DNA of 64,000 nt from positions 64,001 through 128,000 of the forward strand of contig CAXMWX010000005.1 of assembly GCA_963422205.2 (NCBI GenBank), written 5' to 3'. Position 1 is the first letter of the stretch, and every line of letters starts with the position of its first letter. The translations under genes and the position numbers were made by a program. Below the pieces are notes generated by a model. The model was not told the origin of the DNA. It saw only the letters and a list, made by a program, of their open reading frames with translations, and searched no databases. The DNA is from Gammaproteobacteria bacterium. Lineage in GTDB: Bacteria > Pseudomonadota > Gammaproteobacteria > Eutrophobiales > Eutrophobiaceae. Shown one piece after another: positions 53,544-64,000 of this stretch.

Positions 53544-54400
53544 TACCGCATCACCACATCCGCATCGCTGTTTTCCTTTTGCTCATCCGGCCACAGCAAC
53601 AACACCTCGGTGCTCTGGCCGGGTCGTGCGCTCGGCATGACAGTGACATTGGAAAAAGGCTCGCCCGGTATGCGCGAAATTCGACTCACTTTACCCACCG
53701 GATAACCATGCGGGAAGCGCCGCCCAAGACCGGAAGAGACGATTAGATCGCCCTCGGCGATATCCGCATTTATCGGCAGATGTTCCAGCAGCAGCACATT
53801 ATCCTGTCCGGTGCCCACAGCAATCGCTCTGAGGCCATTTCTGTTGACCTGCACAGGCAGGGCATGGGTTGGATCCGTGATCAGCAATACCGTGCTGGAG
53901 AACGGCGCCACGTGGATAATCTGCCCCATGATGCCGCCGGAATCGACGATCGGCTGGCCTGCATACGCCGCATCCTGACTGCCCTTATTGATCACGATTT
54001 GCTGTCGGAAGGGCTGTAATTCCACTTCCACCAGTTCGGCGATCAACACCCGCTCACGCAACTTGACCGGTGATTCCAGCAAGGTACGCAGGCGCTTGTT
54101 CTCCGCTTCCAGGATAGCGAAGCGTTGCAGCCTGACATTTAACAGCAACTGCCGCTGACGCAGATCAGCGTTCTCTTGCAGCAGGTGCTTGCGGGTCACC
54201 AGAGACTCTGACAGGTCACGGCTTAATTGCACCGGCAGGCTGACAACATACTGCAAGGGATAAACCAGCGTGGCAACAAAACCGCGTACCCTTTCCAGAT
54301 GACTGTACCTGTGATCGGCAATCATCAGACCGATCGAGATGAGCAAAAACAACAACAGCTTGACGTTGCTGGCAGGGCCTTTTAAGAATAATGTGCTGAT
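53543..54400 (-). CDS. mreC: Rod shape-determining protein MreC (probable non-canonical ATC start)
   Basis: LEAENKRLR.LL, INKGS, SSGLG.RFP.GYPVG. The frame extends upstream to ATC 54400, preceded by AGGAG. Confidence 0.95.
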   Translation of the reverse strand: MSTLFLKGPASNVKLLLFLLISIGLMIADHRYSHLERVRGFVATLVYPLQYVVSLPVQLSRDLSESLVTRKHLLQENADLRQRQLLLNVRLQRFAILEAENKRLRTLLESPVKLRERVLIAELVEVELQPFRQQIVINKGSQDAAYAGQPIVDSGGIMGQIIHVAPFSSTVLLITDPTHALPVQVNRNGLRAIAVGTGQDNVLLLEHLPINADIAEGDLIVSSGLGRRFPHGYPVGKVSRISRIPGEPFSNVTVMPSARPGQSTEVLLLWPDEQKENSDADVVMR

Positions 54401-54418
54401 GGCTGGCTCCTGTACCGG

Positions 54419-55474
<1,056 letters not shown>

Positions 55475-55735
55475 TTAACCTCGGACAGGAACGAGCAAAC
55501 CACGTATCGCAAGTCGGTATCACTTTGGCTGTTTTATATGCCAGGGTAGATGTATGGTACGATTTCCGACAGGCATCTCCGGCACGGTCAGAGCGTGCCA
55601 TGATCTCACCTGCCCGGTGATACGATGCAGCGCATGGTCACTAAAAAGACAGCACTTTATCAGTGCCAACCGGTTTGGGCAAGCTGTCAGATATGATAAA
55701 TTGTTGGCAATTCAATGATAAATAAGGGCCTGTTG

Positions 55736-56023
55736 ATGTCGGTAGACAAGAATGAGATAACCCATATCGCCAAGCTGGCAAAATTGCATCTGACTGCCGA
55801 TTCCCGCCAGCGCTATGGCGCCGATCTGCGCCGGATCCTGGTGCTGGTAGAGCAGATGAATGCCGTGCAGACCGATGGCGTTCAGCCGCTGGCGCACCCG
55901 CTGGATATCAGCGCCCGCCTGCGCCCTGATGTGGTAGCCGAGAAAGACCAGCGTGACCGCTTCCAGCAGGGCGCCCCCCTGGTGAGGGACGGCTATTATC
56001 TCGTGCCTAAAGTCATTGACTAG
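55736..56023 (+). CDS. gatC: Asp/Glu-tRNA amidotransferase subunit C
   Basis: HIAKLAKL, PLAHP, LRPD, YLVPKVID. Confidence 0.96.
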   Translation: MSVDKNEITHIAKLAKLHLTADSRQRYGADLRRILVLVEQMNAVQTDGVQPLAHPLDISARLRPDVVAEKDQRDRFQQGAPLVRDGYYLVPKVID

Positions 56024-56046
56024 CATGATGAGGGGCTAACGCTGGC

Positions 56047-57503
<1,457 letters not shown>

Positions 57504-57504
<1 letters not shown>

Positions 57505-58958
57505 TGCGATGGCAGCCGGTTATCGGCCTGGAGCTGCATGTCCAACTGGCGACCGAGAGCAAACTCTTCTCTGCGGCGGCCACACGCTATGGAGCCGAGG
57601 CGAACACACAAGCCTGTGCCGTGGATTTGGGTCTGCCCGGGGTATTGCCTGTGATCAATACCGAGGCGTTGAGGATGGCGGTGATGTTCGGCCTGGCTGT
57701 GAACGCTGAGATCGCTCATCGATCCGTGTTTGCACGCAAGAATTATTTTTATCCTGATCTGCCCAAGGGCTACCAGATCAGCCAGTTTGAATTGCCCATA
57801 GTCCGCCATGGCGAGTTGTACATAGACACCGAGGATGGCGGGCGTAAACGCATCGGTATCACCCGTGCCCATCTGGAGGAGGATGCGGGCAAGTCTGTGC
57901 ATGAGGGTTTTGCCGAGTATAGCGGGATTGATCTGAATCGTGCTGGTACGCCCTTGCTGGAGATCGTCTCTGAACCGGTGCTTTGCTCCGCCGCTGAGGC
58001 CGTTGCCTGCATGAAAAAAATCCACAGCCTGATTCGCTGCCTGGGTATATCCGATGGCAATATGCAGGAAGGCTCGCTGCGCTGCGATGCCAATGTCTCG
58101 GTGCGTCAGATTGACGATACGGCGCTTGGGACACGTACTGAAATTAAAAACATCAACTCGTTTCGTTTTATCGAACACGCCATTGACCATGAGATAGACC
58201 GGCAGATTGATCAGCTTGAGGCGGGCAGGGCAATCATTCAGGAGACGCGCCTGTATGATCCAGAACACGATGAAACCCGACCCATGCGAGGCAAGGAAGA
58301 AGCCGATGATTACCGCTATTTTCCTGATCCGGATTTACTGCCGGTGATCATCACCGAAGCATACATCGGCAAGATCAGAGAGACGCTGCCGGAATTGCCG
58401 GAGCAGAAAAAACAGCGCTTTATAGAGGCGTTTGCGCTGTCTGACTATGACAGCAGCGCACTCACCGCCAACAAGGATATCGCTGATTATTTTGAACAGA
58501 CGATGGCCGCATTAAACGGCAGGCCCAAGCTGGCGGCAAACTGGATCATGGGCGAACTCACAGCGGCATTAAACAAGGATCATCTTGACATCGCTGACAG
58601 CCGGGTGAGCGGGCAGGCACTTGCCGGTCTGCTGAATAGAATCAGTGATAACACCATCTCCAGCAAGATCGCCAAGCAGGTATTTGATGCCATGTGGCAG
58701 GGGGCGGGCAGTGCCGATGCGATCATTCAGGCACAGGGGCTGACACAGCTGACCGACAGCGGTGCTATCGAGAGGCTGGTTGATGAGGTGATCGCCGAGT
58801 GCGCCAGTCAAGTGACGCAGTATCGATGCGCGACGGATGATAAAAAAGCAAAGCTCATCGGTTATTTTATCGGCCAGGTGATGAGAAAATCACAAGGCAA
58901 GGCAGACCCGACACAGGTCAATGCGTTACTGCGGCAAAAGTTAGCACCGCCTGCCTGA
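57504..58958 (+). CDS. gatB: Asp/Glu-tRNA amidotransferase subunit B
   Basis: [37 protein letters not shown]. Confidence 0.99.
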
Positions 58959-59206
58959 TCATGGCGATGCTCCCGGCCGGGCGCATGCTCGCAAGAGTCA
59001 GGGCAACGGAGTCACTGCTGCCATTGTGGGCCGGTATGGCCTTAGATCTCATCACGATGGCATCCCTGATGTATCTTCGATGGCAATGACGAAGCGCCAT
59101 CATCCTGCACGGCTGATGTACAGGCGTTGAGAGCAAAGCCATTATGCCGTATCGTCAACCGGCCGGGATATCAGCACAGTAAACAGCAAGGCACAGCGAA
59201 CATGAG

Positions 59207-59705
59207 GTGATACGTGAACCATTAACCACAGACAGCATCTCCCCTTCCGGCCAGTTGATTACCGCCCCGGATTCAAGCACACGTCATTATTTTAATGAGA
59301 CACTGGAACACGCACCGTCCGCCACCCGTGCGGATGTATCCATCGTTCGGATTTATTCATTGTTAGGATCAGCCCCACCGAGTTGCCGTTACAGATAAAA
59401 CTCATGGAAAGACACCCTCACGCAAGCCAAACCTTTATCCCCATGCACGTTGCCAGATACCTGCTTATCGTTCCACCGAACAGCACCGCCGACCGCCCCG
59501 ATGCCGCTGCCATGTACGCCTCTCTGGCACAGGGGATCAAGGGATCACCTGCAAGCGTGCCGCCTGGTATCACCCCATGATGGGATTGGATGAGACAGCA
59601 GCCGCAACGATACAGACATCTGCCGCCTGCCCGATGCAACGCCGGTTACCGTGTATGCCTGATCAATCTCTGCTCAACCTCTGCTCAACCCCCGCTCAAT
59701 TATGA
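59207..59705 (+). pseudogene. Ureidoglycolate lyase (AllA-like) pseudogene with at least two frameshifts
   Basis: Three successive segments joined by frameshifts give EPLT..SISPSG, then MERHPHASQTFIPM, then GDQGIT.KRAAWYHP. These match the EPLT/ERHP..SQ.F.P/QG.....WHHP motifs of the family. Confidence 0.75.
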
Positions 59706-61748
59706 TCACGGCTGACGTTCAACCAGGGTCAGGATGTCGTACAGTGCGACCCGGTCATCGTGCTGGTTGGTGATCTCAACCGCCCACTTCACCACCCCGG
59801 TCGCCCGCACCTCATCCGGGCGCGGATCTTTTTTGATCTTCTGCTTCACCACCAGCCTCGCCTGAATGGTATCGCCTATGCCCACCGGCTCGATAAAGCG
59901 CAGGTTCTCCAGGCCATAATTGGCCAGCACCGGCCCGGGCGCCGGATCAACAAACATGCCCGCCGCCGCCGAGATCACAAAATAACCATGCGCCACACGC
60001 TTGCCGAACAGGGAATCCGCCGCCGCGGTTTCATCGAAATGGGCGTAGAAATGATCGCCGGTCAGGCAGCCGAAGTTGACGATGTCCGCCTCGGTCACGG
60101 TTCTCTTGTGCGTCACCAGCGTCTCGCCAATCTGTAGCGCATCAAACGACTTGCGAAACGGATGCACAGCACTGGTAATCGGCTTTGCCGCCGGGTGATA
60201 CTGCGAGGTGATGTGCATCAAGGTGGTCGGCGAGCCTTGCAGTGCGGTGCGCTGCATATAATGCTTAATCGCCCGGGCGCCGCCCAACTCCTCGCCACCG
60301 CCCGCCCGGCCCGGCCCGCCATGCACCAGGGATGGCATGGGCGAGCCATGCCCGGTGGACTCCGCCGCACAATCCGCATTGATGATCAACATGCGCCCGT
60401 GCATACAGGCCGTGCCCAGGATCAGCTCTCTGGCCTCGGCATCATCGGCGGTGATGATCGAGCCGACCAGGCTGCCACGCCCCCGTCTGGCAAGTTCAAT
60501 CGCCTCGTCTATGTCTTTGTACGGCAGTATCGTGCTGACCGGGCCGAAGGCTTCCACCGAGTGCGGCTCGCTGACCGCCAGGGGTTCCCGACAATACAGC
60601 AAAGTCGGCGGGAAAAAAGCGCCTTGTTCAGGCGCAGCAGCGGTCACGGCAAACTCGCCATTGCCGCCATAAACCGGCTCGCTGACAGTGCGTAATTGCC
60701 GCACAGCATCCCATACGTCCTGGCGCTGTTGCTGGCCAATAAGCGGCCCCATCGTGACGCCATCGATGGCCGGGTCGCCCGGCACGACCCTCTCCAGACG
60801 CCCACCAAGCGCCGCAATCACGGCATCCACCCGGCTGTCCGGTACGATGAGGCGGCGAATGGCGGTGCATTTCTGGCCGGCCTTGACCGTCATCTCGCTG
60901 ACGACCTCACGCATGAACAAATCAAACTCCGGTGCATCCGGTGTCACGGTCTCACCCAGGATGCTACAATTCAGCGAGTCCGCCTCCATGTTGAACGGCA
61001 CTGAATTTGCTATCACTGTCGGGTGCGATTTAAGCTGGCGACCGGTCGTGGCCGAGCCGGTAAAGGTGACGACATCCTGTTCGGTCAGATGCCGAAACAG
61101 ATCCCCGGTGCTGCCACAGAGCAGCTGCACACTGCCCTCCGGCAACAAGCCGCTGGCGATAATATCCTCCACCATCGCCGCGGCAAGATAAGAGGACACC
61201 GTGGCCGGCTTGATCACCACCGGCATACCGGCACATAAACTTGGCGCCATTTTCTCCAGCATACCCCAGCAGGGGAAGTTGTATGCATTGATATGCACCG
61301 CCACCCCTTCCTTAGGCAGCAGGATATGCCGGCCGAGAAATGTCCCCTGCCGGGATAACGGCTCTACCTCGCCTTCGATTAGCAAGGTGTCATTAGGAAA
61401 CTCGCGCCGCACCAGGCTGCTGTAGCTGAACAGCGTGCCAATGCCACCTTCTATGTCGATCCAGCTATCTGCACGAGTCGCCCCGGTGTAACTGGAGATA
61501 GCATAATAGCGCTGCTTGCGTTCAAGCAGGAAAGTCGCCAGCGATTTTAATGCCAGCGCACGTTCATGAAAGCTCTGCCGACGCAGCGCCGGCCCGCCCC
61601 TCTCCCGCCCATAGGCCAACATGCCGGCAAAATCAGCACCGGTACTGGAGACCTCGCCAATGACCTCGCCGCTGACCGCATGATGCACCGCCACGGCGCC
61701 CGCACCAGCAGCATGCCATTGGCCTTGAAGATAGCTTTGAATCTGCAC
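59706..61748 (-). CDS. paaZ: Bifunctional oxepin-CoA hydrolase / aldehyde dehydrogenase
   Basis: ALDH domain ([33 protein letters not shown]) fused to a MaoC domain (GDHFYAH, VAHGYF). Confidence 0.97.
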   Translation of the reverse strand: MQIQSYLQGQWHAAGAGAVAVHHAVSGEVIGEVSSTGADFAGMLAYGRERGGPALRRQSFHERALALKSLATFLLERKQRYYAISSYTGATRADSWIDIEGGIGTLFSYSSLVRREFPNDTLLIEGEVEPLSRQGTFLGRHILLPKEGVAVHINAYNFPCWGMLEKMAPSLCAGMPVVIKPATVSSYLAAAMVEDIIASGLLPEGSVQLLCGSTGDLFRHLTEQDVVTFTGSATTGRQLKSHPTVIANSVPFNMEADSLNCSILGETVTPDAPEFDLFMREVVSEMTVKAGQKCTAIRRLIVPDSRVDAVIAALGGRLERVVPGDPAIDGVTMGPLIGQQQRQDVWDAVRQLRTVSEPVYGGNGEFAVTAAAPEQGAFFPPTLLYCREPLAVSEPHSVEAFGPVSTILPYKDIDEAIELARRGRGSLVGSIITADDAEARELILGTACMHGRMLIINADCAAESTGHGSPMPSLVHGGPGRAGGGEELGGARAIKHYMQRTALQGSPTTLMHITSQYHPAAKPITSAVHPFRKSFDALQIGETLVTHKRTVTEADIVNFGCLTGDHFYAHFDETAAADSLFGKRVAHGYFVISAAAGMFVDPAPGPVLANYGLENLRFIEPVGIGDTIQARLVVKQKIKKDPRPDEVRATGVVKWAVEITNQHDDRVALYDILTLVERQP

Positions 61749-61822
61749 TGTAGACCCTCATCCCATTCTGGATAACGCTGAACATCGCCTGGCCGTGATT
61801 TGCCAGGGTGGCAGATTGATAG

Positions 61823-61858
61823 GATACATAAATTTAAATAAAATACGATGGTTGTATT
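61823..61858. promoter_or_regulatory. Candidate PaaX-type operator GATACA-N24-TGTATT
   Basis: Imperfect long-spacer inverted repeat in the AT-rich region between divergent paaZ and paaK. The spacer is slightly shorter than the described PaaX sites I recall. Confidence 0.35.
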
Positions 61859-61889
61859 CCTTTATACTTCCTTGCAAATGGATAGAGAG

Positions 61890-63197
61890 ATGAGCATGAA
61901 CAGCATCGGGCAACATGACGCACTGGAAGCGATTGAAACCAGCAGCAAAGATGAATTACAGCAGGTGCAACTGGAGCGTATGCAATGGAGCCTGCATCAT
62001 GCCTACCAGCACATCGCCCATTACAAAAAAGCCTTTGATGAGCAAGGCGTACACCCGGATGATCTTAAACACTTAGAAGACCTGGCGAAGTTTCCATTCA
62101 CCACCAAGGACGACCTGCGCGCCAACTACCCCTTCGGCATGTTTGCCCTGCCGATGGATCAGATCATCCGCATCCACGCATCCAGCGGCACGACTGGCAA
62201 GCCAACAGTGGTCGGCTACAGCCGGGCCGATATTGCTGTCTGGAGCCAGGTGGTCGCCCGCTCCATCCGCGCCGCCGGCGGGACACACAAAGATAAAATT
62301 CATGTTGCCTATGGGTATGGCCTGTTCACTGGCGGGCTGGGCGCACATTACGGCGGGGAATATTTAGGCTGTACTGTGATCCCTATGTCCGGCGGGCAGA
62401 CGCAAAAACAGGCGCAGCTGATACAGGATTTTGATCCCGACATCATCATGGTCACGCCATCGTATATGCTCAGCATTGCCGATGAGCTGGAGCGCCAGGG
62501 CGCCGATTGCGATAAGCTGAAGCTGCGGGTGGGGATCTTTGGCGCCGAGCCGTGGACGGATGCCATGCGAGTCAATCTGGAACAGCGCCTGCACATTGAG
62601 GCGACAGATATCTATGGCCTGTCCGAGGTCATGGGGCCGGGGGTGGCGCAGGAGTGCATAGAGACAAAAGACGGCCCGACCCTCTGGGAGGATCATTTCT
62701 ATCCAGAGATCATCGATCCACAAACCGGCGCCGTCCTGCCTGATGGTGAACAGGGCGAGTTGGTATTTACCAGCCTGACCAAAGAAGCCCTGCCCGTGAT
62801 CCGTTACCGCACCCGTGATCTCACCCGCCTGCTACCCGGCACAGCGCGCAGCATGCGGCGCATGGACAAGATCACCGGGCGCAGTGATGACATGTTGATC
62901 ATACGTGGTGTGAACGTATTCCCCACGCAAATAGAAGAGCAGATATTAAAAGTCGCCAGCCTGGCGCCGCACTATCAAATCGAGATCGAGCGCAGCGGCA
63001 ATCTGGATGAGTTGACCATTCATGTTGAATTAAAACCGGATGCGGATCCGAACACCGGTGATGCCGCCGCCAGAGAACTCACCAAACATACCAAAGAGAT
63101 TATCGGCGTATCGGCCACGGTCAATGTCGTTGATGAGGGCGGCATCGCCCGCTCCGAAGGCAAGGCAAAACGTGTGATCGATCACCGGCAGCGGTAG
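61890..63197 (+). CDS. paaK: Phenylacetate-CoA ligase
   Basis: [56 protein letters not shown]. Confidence 0.97.
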   Translation: MSMNSIGQHDALEAIETSSKDELQQVQLERMQWSLHHAYQHIAHYKKAFDEQGVHPDDLKHLEDLAKFPFTTKDDLRANYPFGMFALPMDQIIRIHASSGTTGKPTVVGYSRADIAVWSQVVARSIRAAGGTHKDKIHVAYGYGLFTGGLGAHYGGEYLGCTVIPMSGGQTQKQAQLIQDFDPDIIMVTPSYMLSIADELERQGADCDKLKLRVGIFGAEPWTDAMRVNLEQRLHIEATDIYGLSEVMGPGVAQECIETKDGPTLWEDHFYPEIIDPQTGAVLPDGEQGELVFTSLTKEALPVIRYRTRDLTRLLPGTARSMRRMDKITGRSDDMLIIRGVNVFPTQIEEQILKVASLAPHYQIEIERSGNLDELTIHVELKPDADPNTGDAAARELTKHTKEIIGVSATVNVVDEGGIARSEGKAKRVIDHRQR

Positions 63198-63271
63198 TAT
63201 ATCTGCCGCCAGACCCTCCCGGCCAACATCAGAGCCAGCTTGCCAAGTACGCTGTTTTCTGGTAGAACATT

Positions 63272-64000
63272 ATGAATGACCGCAGACCGCAGACCGCAGA
63301 CCGCAGACCGCAGACCGCAGACCGCAGACCGCAGACCGCAGACCGCAGACCGCAGACCGCAGACCGCAGACCGCAGACCGCAGACCGCAGACCGCAGACC
63401 GCAGACCGCAGACCGCAGACCGCAGACCGCAGACCGCAGACCGCAGACCGCAGACCGCAGACCGCAGACCGCAGACCGCAGACCGCCAAACTCAAGGCGC
63501 TGCTGAAAAAACACCTGCCAGAGCCTGTATGGTCGGCAGTACGTCTTATTATACTCAACCACCAGGGCATACCTCACTACCGGGGCAGTGACTATGTGAT
63601 CGATGAGAAAAGGAATATCATCTACTTCAATCTATGCAAGAATGCCAGTACCTCACTTCGGGAAGCGCTGCTTGATGAACCTGCTGGACAAGGAACAAAT
63701 TTCACGCAGAGAAATTTACGATCATTGCCGGAGAGTGTGGATTATTTCAAATTTACTTTTGTCCGCAATCCTTTCTCCAGGCTCTATTCCTGTTATAAGG
63801 AAAGGATTATGGTCTCATACTACCAGTATTATCTGGGCGGGTATTTAAGGCAGGTAAAAGACTTTGAGACGTTCATAAAGAAAATAAACAAAATTCCCAT
63901 GTGTTTGACCGACGAACATTTTACCGGTCAATATTTCTGTCTATACAAAAAAAACCAGCCATCGCCTGACTTTATCGGTCGGTATGAAAACCTCATCAAA
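63272..64000 (+). CDS. Sulfotransferase family 2 protein (3'-truncated by the window) with an in-frame heptamer repeat at its 5' end
   Basis: Hand translation from ATG 63272 reads MN(DRRPQTA)~10 [11 protein letters not shown]...[18 protein letters not shown]...[17 protein letters not shown]...DEHFTGQ...DFIGRYENL with no stop. These include the 5'-PSB and 3'-PB PAPS-binding motifs. Absent from the ORF track, probably because it has no stop in the window. Confidence 0.88.
   Translation, partial: MNDRRPQTADRRPQTADRRPQTADRRPQTADRRPQTADRRPQTADRRPQTADRRPQTADRRPQTADRRPQTAKLKALLKKHLPEPVWSAVRLIILNHQGIPHYRGSDYVIDEKRNIIYFNLCKNASTSLREALLDEPAGQGTNFTQRNLRSLPESVDYFKFTFVRNPFSRLYSCYKERIMVSYYQYYLGGYLRQVKDFETFIKKINKIPMCLTDEHFTGQYFCLYKKNQPSPDFIGRYENLIK
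63278..63486 (+). repeat. Heptanucleotide simple sequence repeat (GACCGCA)29 + GACCGC
   Basis: 203 bp of perfect 7-bp units (63278-63480) plus a 6-nt partial unit. Confidence 0.99.

Noticed and set aside
63182-63577. Minus-strand ORFs with (AVCGLRS)n and the 76-aa ORF 63276-63506
   Set aside because: These are by-products of a stop-free heptamer repeat. The frame with real protein motifs starts at 63272 on the + strand.

Overview
A mostly core chromosomal window from a gammaproteobacterium with moderately high GC (judged by eye). Conserved blocks: tRNA-Leu/tig/clpP/clpX/lon/hupB/tRNA-Val/tRNA-Asp/ppiD; recA/cinA/tadA; xseA/guaB/guaA; lipB/lipA; mreBCD/mrdA/rodA/mltB/rlpA/dac/dat; gatCAB; paaZ/paaK. 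Accessory material sits between these blocks. (1) A MalT/LuxR-associated hydantoinase-DUF917-TonB receptor-racemase operon. (2) An msrQ + Ser/Thr kinase-FGE + FimV-like cluster with a 48-bp coding repeat. (3) A secreted six-Cys peptide precursor opposite a HExxH peptidase. (4) An AT-richer islet at the guaA 3' end with a type II R-M system and a four-gene CsoR/RcnR-type metal module. (5) A gmd-fcl-GT10 fucosyltransferase cassette between dat and lipB. (6) A frameshifted ureidoglycolate lyase. (7) At the right edge, a sulfotransferase missing from the ORF track whose 5' end contains 29 perfect GACCGCA repeats in frame, a strong candidate for phase variation. I saw no CRISPR array, integrase, transposase, reverse transcriptase or rRNA. 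All calls come from reading motifs by eye; no searches were run.
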